NCBI GenBank assembly: GCA_963747235.1 | Contig: CAVVEU010000008.1 | Coordinates: forward strand, 707,433-771,432 | Length of the DNA: 64,000 nt | DNA from: an uncultured Candidatus Rokubacteria bacterium | GTDB taxonomy: Bacteria > Methylomirabilota > Methylomirabilia > Rokubacteriales > CSP1-6 | Direction of reading: 5' to 3' | Shown: positions 26,648 through 37,234 of the stretch, piece by piece | How positions within the stretch are numbered: position 1 is the first letter of the stretch | Layout of the letters: every line of letters starts with the position of its first letter | Translations under genes and position numbers: made by a program | The notes under the pieces: model-generated | Told to the model about the DNA's origin: nothing | Seen by the model: the letters and a program-made list of their open reading frames with translations, nothing else | Databases searched by the model: none

Positions 26648-28973
26648 CTACGTGCGGGCGCTGAGGAAGAGGGCGGTGCCGATGCCCGCGAAGATGATGT
26701 TGGCGGTCCAGGCGGCGAGGGCGGCGGGCAGCAGGTCGGCCTGCCCGAAGGCGATCGCCACCGAGTGCACGATCCAGTAGCCCACCGCGATCACGATGGC
26801 CACCCCGATGCCCATGGCGCGCCCGCCGCTGCGCGGGGAGACCAGGGCGAACGGAATCGCCACCAGCGCCATGATCACGTGCACGAGCGGGAAGGAGAGC
26901 TTGGAGTAGAGCTGGACCAGGTAGCGGTTGACCCGGTGGCCGCCCTCCCGCAGCTTCGATCACGTAGGCGCGCAGCTCCAGGAAGCTCATGGTGTCGGGG
27001 GCGTTCTGCTTCTGCACGATGAAGTCTTCGAGATTCTCCGGCATGGGCAAGAGACGCGTGGCGAACGGCTCCGAGGTGATCCGGTTCTGCGACGCCACCC
27101 GGCGCAGCACGCCGTCGGCGAGCTGCCAGCCCTCGGGCGTCCACTGCGCGGTGCGGGCGTCCACCCGCTCCACGAGGCGGAAGTCGGGGCTGATCTCGAG
27201 CACGGTGAGCCCTTCCATGGACTTGTTGACCGGGTCGAGGAGGGCCATGCGGAAGAAGCGCGTGTCGGAGGAGCGGTACCAGATCTGCGTCTGGCGCTGC
27301 AGATGCCGCGGAAGCTGGCCGCGGATCTTCACGCGGTCCACCTCCTCGGCCTTGGCGTTGATGTCGGGCAGGGCCACCTCCTGGAAGACGACCGCGAGGA
27401 CGCTGATGGTGCCCGCCACCAGGAGGATGGGCAGGCTCGCGCGGTAGAGGCTGACCCCGGCCGCCTTGAGCGCGTCGAGCTCTCGCTGGCGGGTGAGGGA
27501 GAGGAACAGGAACACGGTGGCGACCAGCACGATCATCGGCAGCCCCTTGTAGAGCTCGCCGGGCATCCGGTACAGGAAGTGCTCGAGGATCGTGAAGAAG
27601 GGCGGCTTGGAGCGCAGGAAGCGGTCGAGGGTGTTCAGCAGGTCCACGACCGCGATGAGGACCGCGCCGACGCCGGTGCCGATACCGAGGAAGATCAGGT
27701 ACTGCCGGATCAGGTAGCGATCCATGATGAAGGTGGACGCGCGCGGCCCCGCGAGCCGGCCGAGCCGGCGCCGCCGGCGCTCCTCGAGCGGCTTGGCCGC
27801 GCGACCGGATTGCCGCTCGCCGATCTTCGCCCACAGCCGCCAGAAGAGATCGATCCAGGCGGGGGGCACGCCCGCGACGCTCCCGCGCAGGAGGGTCACG
27901 CCGATCACCGCGAGGATGGCGTTGGGGATCCACACCGCGATGGCCGCGGGCATGCGACCGCGCAGGGCCATGCCCTCCATCGTCGAGTAGAGGATGTAGT
28001 AGGCCACCACGATGCCGAAGCTCAGCGCGAGGGCGACCGCGCGACCGCCCCGCTGCGCGCGGATGCCCAGCGGGAAGCCCATGATCGTGAAGACGAGCGC
28101 GGCCACCGGCAGCGCGAAGCGCTTGTGCAGCTCGACGTAGTAGGGCGCGGAGATCTGGCCCGCGCGCCGCATGTTCTCCGCCTCCGACAGGAGCTCGCGC
28201 AGGGGCAGCTGCTTCTCGGGCTTCTCCTCGCGCGCGACCGCGGCGAGGGGCGAATCCACCGGGAGGGTCATGTCGTAGAGGCTGAAGTAGGTCTGGCGGA
28301 AGCGCCGGCGGTCGGTCACGTCGGACTCGCTGATCGAGCCGTCCAGGAAGCGCAGGGTGATGCGGCGGGTCGCCTCGTCGCTCAGGAGGCGGCCCTCGCG
28401 GGCCACGATGATGCGGGACTGCTCGGCGTTGCGCTCGTCGGAGACGAGCAGGCCCTTGAGGCGCACCTGGGACGCGCTCACCTCGTCCACGTAGATCACG
28501 AACTGGCTGAAGCTCGCGCTGAAGGTGCGCTCCTTGATCCCGGTGGTGGCGCGCGACTGGAAGATCCGGAAGAGCTGGCGCTGGAAGGCGCCGCTCGACC
28601 ACGGGGCCACCACGAGGGTGAGCCACGAGATGAGCAGGGTGATGATGATGCCGATCGCGAGAAACGGACGGAAGAGCCGCAGCGGGCTCACCCCGGAGGC
28701 CTTCAGGGCGGCCACCTCGAGATCGCCGGCCAGCCGCCCGCACACCAGCAGCACCGTCACGAGCAGGGCCATCGGCAGCGTGAGGGCCAGGAAGGCGGGG
28801 AGCATGTACATCAGGAGCGGCAGCACGAGCGCGAACGGCACGTTCTTGGTGATGACGAGGTCGGTGAGCTGGTAGATGCGATCGATGACGAGGAAGAACG
28901 TGAAGACGCCCACCCCGATGAGGAACGGCGGGCCCATCTCCTTGTAGATGTAGCGATCGAGGATGCGGGTCAT
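26648..28973 (-). CDS. Fused LptF-LptG LPS export permease (+1 frameshift near 26958)
   Basis: Two tandem YjgP/YjgQ halves (ILDRYI...EVAALKASGVS and IMDRYL...ELDALKAAGVS) in one frame; ends AAWTANIIF. Confidence 0.9.
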
Positions 28974-28997
28974 GCGCGACCATTGTACGCTAGCGCC

Positions 28998-30065
28998 ATG
29001 CGACCATCATGGTTCCGGGGCGCCCTGGCGGCCGTCCTGCTCGCGTGCGTGGCCGCGCCCGCCGCGGCGGCGGACCGGCTGGAGCACTTCCGCGCGTTGG
29101 CCCGCGAGCGGCTCGCGGTCGCGGTGGACGGCGCCGACCGCGACCGGGCGATCGGCGAGCTCTACGAGGTGGTGGACGCGGAGGTGCTCGACAGCCTGCG
29201 CGGGGATGAGCCCTTCTCCTCGCTCGTGTTCATCCGCGAGCGTCTCGACGCGATGATGGAGAGCTGGGGCGGCGCCATCCTGCGCGTGCTGCGCATTCCC
29301 GTCGCGGGGAGCCGTGTCCCGCTCACGCTCGGCCTCTACAGCCTCACCGGCGTGGAGGGGTCGGGCTCGCTTCGCGTGTACGCGGGGACGGGCCCGGGCG
29401 CGGCCCTCGCCGCCTCCTCCACGCAGGACGGCCTCCTCGACGCGCGGGTGTGGCCGCCGGGTCCGGATCGCGTGGCGCGCGTGTTCGCGGTGTGGAGCGG
29501 CCCGCCCGCGGCCCACGGCGAGCGCGCGCTGCACGCGGAGCTGTGGGAAGGGCGCGACCACGATCGGGTGACGCGCGCGTGGACCACCGCCACCCAGTGG
29601 CCCGACGGCCTGCGGGTGACGGACTGGCGCACCCAGGCCGGCGAGCTCGTGGTGCGCTACGAGCCGCGCTATCCCGGCTGGAAGCCCGGATGCGCGGAGC
29701 AGTTCGAGCACGAGGACCACTACCGGCTCGTCGCGGCGGGCGGTCTCGCGCTCGCGCGTCGGCAGGTCGCGAACGCCTGGCACCGCGAGCTCGGCGCGGC
29801 CGCCGACCGCCTCTTCCGCGCCCTGGCCGAGGACGACGCCCGCGCCCTGGGTCTGCTCGTGCCCGCGCCCGCCCTGCGCGCGCGCCTGCCGAAGCGCCTC
29901 GGGCCCGAGCCGGTCTGCGAGCAGGCGGGCCCGGCCGGCCCGCGCGGGCCGGTCACGGTGGCCGCCACCGAGCTGCGCGACGGCCGGCGCGTGCCGTGGG
30001 CGCTCACGTGGACGCGCGGCCCGGCCGGCTGGCGGGTCCAGACCGCCGCCCCCGTGCTAGAATGA
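28998..30065 (+). CDS. Hypothetical exported protein
   Basis: Signal peptide (…APAAAA-D); coding-like codon use; Cys residues in WKPGC and EPVC. Confidence 0.7.
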   Translation: MRPSWFRGALAAVLLACVAAPAAAADRLEHFRALARERLAVAVDGADRDRAIGELYEVVDAEVLDSLRGDEPFSSLVFIRERLDAMMESWGGAILRVLRIPVAGSRVPLTLGLYSLTGVEGSGSLRVYAGTGPGAALAASSTQDGLLDARVWPPGPDRVARVFAVWSGPPAAHGERALHAELWEGRDHDRVTRAWTTATQWPDGLRVTDWRTQAGELVVRYEPRYPGWKPGCAEQFEHEDHYRLVAAGGLALARRQVANAWHRELGAAADRLFRALAEDDARALGLLVPAPALRARLPKRLGPEPVCEQAGPAGPRGPVTVAATELRDGRRVPWALTWTRGPAGWRVQTAAPVLE

Positions 30066-30074
30066 CGCGATAAC

Positions 30075-32719
30075 ATGAGCGAAATCGCCGACCGCTACGA
30101 TCCGACGCGTGTCGAGCCGCACTGGTACGCCGTCTGGGAAGAGCGCGGCTACTTCCACGCCGAAGCCGACTCGCCCAAGAAGCCCTACTGCATCGTCATC
30201 CCGCCGCCCAACGTCACCGGGTCGCTCCATCTGGGTCACGCGCTCAACAACACGCTCCAGGACATCCTGATCCGCTACAAGCGCATGGACGGCTACAACG
30301 CGCTCTGGATGCCGGGCACCGATCACGCCGGCATCGCGACCCAGTACGTGGTGGAGCGGCAGCTCGAAAAAGAGGGCAAGACCAAGGAAGACCTGGGGCG
30401 CGAGGCCTTCATCGCGCGCGTCTGGCAGTGGAAGGAGGAGTCGGGCGGCACCATCATCCGCCAGCTCAAGCGGCTCGGCGCCTCCTGCGACTGGGCCCGC
30501 GAGCGCTTCACGATGGACGCGGGGCTGTCGGCGGCGGTGCGCGAGGTCTTCGTCCGCCTCTGGGAAGAGGGGCTCATCTACCAGGGCGACTACATCGTCA
30601 ACTGGTGCCCGCGCTGCCAGACCGTGCTGTCGGACCTCGAGGTGGAGCGCGAGGACCAGGACGCCGAGTTCGTCTACATCAAGTACGGCCCGCTGACGCT
30701 CGGCACCGTGCGGCCCGAGACCAAGCTGGGCGACACCGCGGTGGCGGTCCATCCGAAGGACAAGCGCTACAAGAAGTACGTGGGCAAGACGCTCGAGGTG
30801 CCCTCGGTGGAAGGGAACATCACCCTGCAGGTGGTCGCCGACGAGCGCGGTGGATCCCAAGTTCGGCACCGGCGTCATCAAGGTCACCCCGGGCCACGAC
30901 GCCACCGACTTCGAGATCGGGCGCCGTCACAACCTGCCGATCCGCAGCGTCATCGGCTTCGACGGCAAGATGACCGCGCTGGCCGGCAAGTACGCGGGGC
31001 TCGACCGCTTCGAGACCCGGAAGCGCATCGTGGAGGACATGCAGGCCCTCGGGCTCATCGACCGCATCGAGCCCTACCGGCACTCGGTCGGCGTGTGCTA
31101 CCGCTGCAAGACGGTGGTGGAGCCGCTCGTCTCGAAGCAGTGGTACGTGCGCACCAAGCCGCTGGCCGAGCCCGCGATCAAGGCGGTGCGCAGCGGCAAG
31201 ATCAAGATCGTTCCGCGCACGTGGAGCAAGACGTACTTCCACTGGATGGAGAACATCCGCGACTGGGCGATCTCGCGCCAGCTCTGGTGGGGGCACCGCA
31301 TCCCGGTCGTGGTACTGCGACAGGGACGGCAGCATGCACGTCGTCGCGCACCGACCTCAGCCGAGTGCCCCCAGTGCCGGGGCCCGCTCCGCCAGGACAC
31401 CGACGTGCTCGACACCTGGTTCTCCTCCGGGCTCTGGCCGTTCTCCACCCTCGGGCTGGCCCGAGTCCACGCCGGAGCTCAAGGTGTTCTACCCGACCTC
31501 GGTGCTGTCCACCGGCTTCGACATCCTGTTCTTCTGGGTGGCGCGGATGGCGATGCTCGGCATCAAGTTCATGGGCGACGTGCCGTTCCACCACGTCTAC
31601 ATCCACGCCCTCGTCCGCGACGCCGAGGGCCAGAAGATGTCCAAGTCCAAGGGGAACGTGGTCGACCCCCTGAGCGTGATGGACAAGTACGGCACCGACG
31701 CCTTCCGCTTCACGCTCGCCGCGCTCGCCGCCCAGGGGCGCGACATCCGGCTGGCCGAGGAGCGGATCGAGGGCTACCGGAACTTCGCCAACAAGATCTG
31801 GAACGCGGCGCGCCTGGTGCTGACGAACCTCGAGGGCTACGATCCCGCGCTCGCCCGGCGCGGCACGCCGTCGGTGGCCGACCGCTGGATCAAGAGCCGC
31901 CTGACCGAGGCGATCGCCCAGGTGCGCAAGGCGATCGACACCTATCGCTTCAACGACGCCGCCTCCGCGGTGTACCAGTTCCTCTGGCACGAGTACTGCG
32001 ACTGGTACCTCGAGATCGCCAAGCGGAGCCTCTACCAGCCCGAGAGCCCGGAGGCGAAGGCGGTCACCCAGCAAACCCTGGTGGAGACGCTCGAGACCAC
32101 GCTGCGGCTGCTCCATCCCTTCATGCCGTTCATCTCGGAGGAGCTCTGGCAGCGCCTGCCCCACAAGGGGGAGTCCATCCCGGCCCCCGCCAGGTCAATA
32201 ATGATCGCGCCGTTCCCCAAGGCCACGCGCAAGGGGCGCGACCCGGAGGCGGAGCGGCTGATGGCCCCGGTGCTCGACTTCGTGAGCGCGATCCGGACCA
32301 TGCGCAGCGAGAGCCGGATCTCGCCGGCGGTGGAGCTGGCGGTGACGGTCAAGCCCGCGGCGCCGGCGGTGGCGGCCGCGCTCGAGAGCAGCCTCGCGGT
32401 GATCGGCAGCCTGGCCCGCGCGGCCATCACGGTCTCCCGCGACGGCGCGCGCCCGGCGGGCTCCGCGGTGGCCACGACCCCGAGCGGCGACGTGTTCGTG
32501 CGCCTCGAAGGCGTGGTGGACTTCGAAGCCGAACGGCAGCGCCTGCGCAAAGAAATCGAGCGGGCGCGCAAGGAGATCGCCTTCCTGGAGGGCAAGCTCG
32601 GCCGGCCGGAGTTCGTGGAGCGCGCGCCGGCCGAGGTGGTCGAGCGGGAGCGCGAGCGGCTCGTCGAGCAGCGCGAGATCGAGCAGAAGCTCACCACGAG
32701 CCTCACGGCCCTCGAGTAG
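30075..32719 (+). CDS. valS: Valine--tRNA ligase (about five +1 frameshifts near 30845, 31307, 31343, 31361, 31455)
   Basis: [44 protein letters not shown]-terminal coiled coil. Confidence 0.96.
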
Positions 32720-32735
32720 GGCGGAGCCCGCCGCC

Positions 32736-33485
32736 GTGCAGCTCGCGGTTCACGCGCTCGACACCACCGACTCCACCCAGTCCGAGGCGCAGCGCCTGGC
32801 CGCGGCGGGCGCCCCGGAGGGCACCGTGGTGACCGCGCGGCACCAGCGGGCGGGACGCGGCCGCCGCGGCCACGACTGGTGGGACGCGCCCGGCGAGAGC
32901 CTCCTCGCCTCCGTGCTGCTGCGTCCGGCGGGGCCCGTGACGACCGCGCCCCAGCTCTCGCTGGTGGGCGGGCTCGCGGTGGCCGACGCGCTCGCCGTGG
33001 TGGCCTCGGTGCCCGCGCGCATCCGGTGGCCCAATGATCTGCTGGTGGACGGCCGGAAGGTGTGCGGCATTCTCGCCGAGGCGTCTTCTGATGGCGCGGG
33101 CCGGCTCCATCACGTGATCCTGGGCATCGGCGTGAATCTCGCGCAGACCGCGTTCCCCGCGGCCCTCGCCGACCGGGCGACCTCGCTGCGCCTCGTGACC
33201 GGCCGCGCCTTCGAGGCCGACCTGGTCCTGGCCGCGGTGCTCGAGCAGCTCGCCCGGCACTACGACGCCTGGCGGGTCGGCGGGTTCGCCGCGCTGCGGG
33301 CCGCCTGGCTCGAGCGGTCCACGCTGCCCGGCCAGCGCGTGCGGCTGCCCGACGGCTCCGACGGGGTGGGGGTGGACGTCGGGGACGACGGAATCCTGGT
33401 GGCGCGCGCGGCGGACGGCCGGCTGGTCCACATCGTCTCGGGCGGAACGGTCGAGGAGGGGATGGCGCATGCTGCTCGTGATTGA
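32736..33485 (+). CDS. birA: Biotin--protein ligase (no HTH)
   Basis: DSTQ, QRAGRGRRG, WPND, KVCGIL, GIGVN. Confidence 0.92.
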   Translation: MQLAVHALDTTDSTQSEAQRLAAAGAPEGTVVTARHQRAGRGRRGHDWWDAPGESLLASVLLRPAGPVTTAPQLSLVGGLAVADALAVVASVPARIRWPNDLLVDGRKVCGILAEASSDGAGRLHHVILGIGVNLAQTAFPAALADRATSLRLVTGRAFEADLVLAAVLEQLARHYDAWRVGGFAALRAAWLERSTLPGQRVRLPDGSDGVGVDVGDDGILVARAADGRLVHIVSGGTVEEGMAHAARD

Positions 33486-34248
33486 CGTCGGCAACACCAA
33501 CACCTCGATGGGCATCTACGAGCACGCGCGCCTGCGCGCCTCCTGGCGCCTCACCACGCGACGCGAGCAGACCGCGGACGAGTGGGGCGTGTTCATCCAG
33601 ACGCTCCTCGGCACGCGGGGCATCGCGCAGCAGGACATCACCGGCGTCGCCATCTCCAACGTGGTGCCGCCCATCCAGCAGGCGCTCGAGTGGATGTGCG
33701 AGCGCTACTTCGGCGTGAACCCGCTCACGGTGGAGCCGGGCGTCACCGTCGACCTGCCCCTGAACGTCGACACGCCACGCGAGGTCGGCGCCGATCGAGT
33801 GGTCAGCTGCGTGGCCGCCATCGCGCTCTACGGCGCGCCGCTGATCGTGGTGGACTTCGGCACCGCCACCCGCTTCGACTGCGTGAACAGCCGCGGCGAG
33901 TTCATCGGCGGCGCGATCGCGCCCGGCATCAACACCGCGGCCGAGGCCCTCGTCTCGCGGGCGGCCCGGCTGTTCCGAGTCGAGCTGGTGCGTCCCAAGG
34001 ACGCCATCGGCCGCAACACGATCACGAACATCCAGTCCGGGATGATCTACGGCTGGGCCGGGCTGGTGGACGGCATCGTGGAGCGGATGCGCCGGGAGAT
34101 GGACGGCGACGTGAAGGTGGTCGGGACCGGGGGCCTGGTGGGGCAGATGCGGGAAGTCGTCCAGTGCCTGCAGTTCGTCAATCCGGAGCTGAAGCTCGAA
34201 GGCCTGCGGATGCTGTGGGAGCGGGCCAATCCCGTGCCCCCCCGTTGA
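33469..34248 (+). CDS. coaX: Type III pantothenate kinase
   Basis: IDVGNTN, VGADR, VDFGTAT, GGAIAPG, TGG. Confidence 0.95.
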   Translation: MLLVIDVGNTNTSMGIYEHARLRASWRLTTRREQTADEWGVFIQTLLGTRGIAQQDITGVAISNVVPPIQQALEWMCERYFGVNPLTVEPGVTVDLPLNVDTPREVGADRVVSCVAAIALYGAPLIVVDFGTATRFDCVNSRGEFIGGAIAPGINTAAEALVSRAARLFRVELVRPKDAIGRNTITNIQSGMIYGWAGLVDGIVERMRREMDGDVKVVGTGGLVGQMREVVQCLQFVNPELKLEGLRMLWERANPVPPR

Positions 34249-34274
34249 CACCCGGGGCGAGCCGCCCGTATACT
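34245..34274 (+). promoter_or_regulatory. Near-consensus sigma70 promoter of guaB-guaA
   Basis: TTGACA (34245-34250)-N18-TATACT (34269-34274). Confidence 0.75.
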
Positions 34275-34382
34275 TGCCCCCTAAATACAGTGGGTCGAGG
34301 CGGGCGGTTCTCTACATACAGGGTTCAGGCGGCCGGCAGCCGGCCCCGGACCCAGGCCGGGTAAGGCCAGGAGGCGGGGCGT

Positions 34383-35543
34383 ATGGGCATGTGGGTCGGG
34401 CGGGGACGGAAGGCCCGGGCGGCGTACGGCTTCGATGATATCGCGCTGGTTCCCGGCGCCCTGACCATCAACCCCAGCGAGGTGGACATCTCCTGGGAGC
34501 TCTGCGGCCACCGCTTCCCGATCCCCATCATCGCGGCGGCCATGGACGGGGTCGTGAGCCCCTCCTTCGCGATCGAGATGGGCCGGGTCGGGGGCCTCGC
34601 GGTCCTCAACCTCGAAGGCATCTTCTCCCGCTACGAGAATCCCGACGCCGTCCTCGACCGCATCACCTCGGCCAGCCTGGAAGAAGCCACCAAGATCATC
34701 CAGGGCATCTACAGCGAGCCGATCAAGGAAGAGCTGATCCACAAGCGCATCAGCGACATCAAGAAGGGCGGCGGCCCGGTCCTGGTCTCCGCGATCCCGC
34801 AGCGCGCGGAGCGCTTCGCCAAGATCGCGGAGGAGGCGGGCGCCGACTTCTTCGTGGTGCAGTCCACCGTGACCACCGCGCGGCACGTCGCGAGCGAGTA
34901 CACCCCGGTGGACATCCGCCAGCTCAAGAAGCACCTCTCGATCCCGCTCATCATCGGCAACGTCGTCACCTACGAGGCCTGCCTCGAGCTGATGGACTGC
35001 GGCGTGGACGCGCTGCTGATCGGCGTGGGCCCGGGCGCGGCGTGCACGAGCCGCGAGGTGCTGGGCCTGGGCGTCCCGCAGGTGACCGCCACCGCGGACT
35101 CGGCGGCCGCGCGCGACTTCTACCACAAGAAGACCGGCCGCTACGTGCCGATCATCACCGACGGCGGCATGACCACCGGCGGCGACATCTGCAAGGCGTT
35201 CGCCTCCGGCGCGGACGCGGTCATGATCGGCTCCGCCTTCGCGCGCGCCAAGGAAGCCCCGGGCCGCGGCTACCACTGGGGCATGGCCACGCCGCACTCG
35301 AACCTGCCGCGCGGCACGCGCATCCGGGTGGGCATCGCGGGGACGCTCGAGCAGATCCTGTTCGGCCCCGCGTTCACCGAGGACGGCACGCTGAACCTCG
35401 TGGGCGCCATCCGCACCTGCATGGGGTCGGTGGGGGCCATGAACATCCGGGAGCTGCAGCAGACCGAGCTGATCATCGCGCCCTCGATCAAGACCGAGGG
35501 CAAGGTCTTCCAGCGCGCCCAGAAGCTGGGGACGCCCAGGTAG
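34383..35543 (+). CDS. guaB: GuaB3-family IMP dehydrogenase (no CBS subdomain)
   Basis: [28 protein letters not shown] catalytic loop, WGMATP; followed by guaA. Confidence 0.88.
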   Translation: MGMWVGRGRKARAAYGFDDIALVPGALTINPSEVDISWELCGHRFPIPIIAAAMDGVVSPSFAIEMGRVGGLAVLNLEGIFSRYENPDAVLDRITSASLEEATKIIQGIYSEPIKEELIHKRISDIKKGGGPVLVSAIPQRAERFAKIAEEAGADFFVVQSTVTTARHVASEYTPVDIRQLKKHLSIPLIIGNVVTYEACLELMDCGVDALLIGVGPGAACTSREVLGLGVPQVTATADSAAARDFYHKKTGRYVPIITDGGMTTGGDICKAFASGADAVMIGSAFARAKEAPGRGYHWGMATPHSNLPRGTRIRVGIAGTLEQILFGPAFTEDGTLNLVGAIRTCMGSVGAMNIRELQQTELIIAPSIKTEGKVFQRAQKLGTPR

Positions 35544-35550
35544 CCTCGCG

Positions 35551-37113
35551 GTGGCAACCCGGGCTCCCGCGCCCAGCAAGATCGCGATCCTCGATTTCGG
35601 CGGCCAGTACACCCAGCTCATCGCCCGTCGCATCCGCGAGCTGGGCGTCTACTCCGAGATCCTGCCGTGCACCGATCCGGTGGACCGCGTGCTGGCGGGC
35701 GGCTACACCGGTCTCGTCCTCTCGGGCGGGCCGTCGAGCGTGTACGAGGACGAGGCGCCGCTGCCCGACAAGCGCCTGCTCGAGTCGGGCCTCCCGATGC
35801 TCGGCATCTGCTACGGCATGCAGGCCATGGGCTTCCTCATGGGCGGCCACGTCGTCCCGGCCGAGCGTCGCGAGTACGGCAAGGCGCAGCTCCGGATCCT
35901 GAGCCGCGAGGGGCTGCTGCGCGGCGTGGAGCCCGAGGCCGACGGCCTCGTGACCGTGTGGATGAGCCACGGCGACACCGTGCTCAAGCCGCCGCCGGGC
36001 TTCACGAGCCTGGCCACCACCGACAACTGCCCGGTCGCGGCGATGGCCGACCCGGTCCGGAAGCTCTTCGCGGTCCAGTTCCATCCCGAGGTGGCCCACA
36101 CGCCCCAGGGGAAGACCGTGCTCAAGAACTTCCTCGACGCGGCGGGCGCCGCCGCCGACTGGTCCATGCCCTCGTTCGTGGACTCGGCGGTCGAGAGCAT
36201 CCGCCGGCAGGTCGGCCGGGACCCGGTGCTCTGCGCGCTCTCGGGCGGTGTGGACTCCTCCGTGGTGGCCGCGCTGATCCACAAGGCGGTGGGCGATCAG
36301 CTCACGTGCCTCTTCGTGGACAACGGCCTGCTCCGCAAGGGAGAGGTCGAGGGCGTGGTGCGGACCTTCCGGGATGCATTCAAGGTGAACCTGATCCACG
36401 TGGACGCAACCAAGCGATTCCTCGATCGTCTGGAAGGCGTCACGGATCCGGAGGTCAAGCGCAAGGCCATCGGCGCCGAGTTCATCGCGGTGTTCGAGGA
36501 CGAGGCCCGCAAGCTCGGCCACATCCCGTGGCTCGCCCAGGGCACGCTCTATCCCGACGTGATCGAGTCGGTCTCGTTCAAGGGCCCGTCGGCGACCATC
36601 AAGACGCATCATAACGTCGGCGGCCTGCCGCCGAATATGCGCTTCAAGCTGGTGGAGCCGCTCCGCGAGCTGTTCAAGGACGAGGTGCGCGAGCTGGGCG
36701 CCCTGCTCGGCCTGCCGCGCGAGATCATCTGGCGCCAGCCCTTCCCGGGGCCCGGGCTCGCCATCCGCGTGCTGGGCGAGGTGACGGAAGAGCGCCTGGC
36801 GCTGCTGCGCGAGGCCGACGCCATCGTCCAGGAGGAGGTGCGCCAGGCCGGGCTCGAGCGCGAGCTCTGGCAGGCCTTCGCGGTGCTGCTGCCGGTGCGC
36901 ACCGTGGGCGTGCAGGGCGACTTCCGCACCTACGCGCAGGTCATCGCGCTCCGCGCGGTCATGAGCCAGGACGCCATGACCGCGGACTGGGCGCGCCTGC
37001 CCTACGACCTGCTCGGCAAGATCTCGAGCCGCGTGATCAACGAGGTCAAGGGCGTGAACCGCGTCGTCTACGACATCTCCTCCAAGCCCCCGAGCACGAT
37101 CGAGTGGGAGTAA
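35551..37113 (+). CDS. guaA: GMP synthase
   Basis: [39 protein letters not shown]. Confidence 0.99.
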   Translation: MATRAPAPSKIAILDFGGQYTQLIARRIRELGVYSEILPCTDPVDRVLAGGYTGLVLSGGPSSVYEDEAPLPDKRLLESGLPMLGICYGMQAMGFLMGGHVVPAERREYGKAQLRILSREGLLRGVEPEADGLVTVWMSHGDTVLKPPPGFTSLATTDNCPVAAMADPVRKLFAVQFHPEVAHTPQGKTVLKNFLDAAGAAADWSMPSFVDSAVESIRRQVGRDPVLCALSGGVDSSVVAALIHKAVGDQLTCLFVDNGLLRKGEVEGVVRTFRDAFKVNLIHVDATKRFLDRLEGVTDPEVKRKAIGAEFIAVFEDEARKLGHIPWLAQGTLYPDVIESVSFKGPSATIKTHHNVGGLPPNMRFKLVEPLRELFKDEVRELGALLGLPREIIWRQPFPGPGLAIRVLGEVTEERLALLREADAIVQEEVRQAGLERELWQAFAVLLPVRTVGVQGDFRTYAQVIALRAVMSQDAMTADWARLPYDLLGKISSRVINEVKGVNRVVYDISSKPPSTIEWE

Positions 37114-37234
37114 GCCGGGCGGTGCGGCGCCGAGGACAAGGGCGCGCGCGAGCAGTTCGGATGAGCGCTTGCGCGAAGGAGCCCAACCGCCAAACTAGAA
37201 TCCTCCACATTCAAGCGACCTGAAAGAATTCGCC

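Noticed and set aside
30075-32719. valS, leuS and murJ as true pseudogenes or programmed frameshifts
   Set aside because: These are essential genes with a uniform +1 pattern and no slippery sites, so sequencing error is far more likely.
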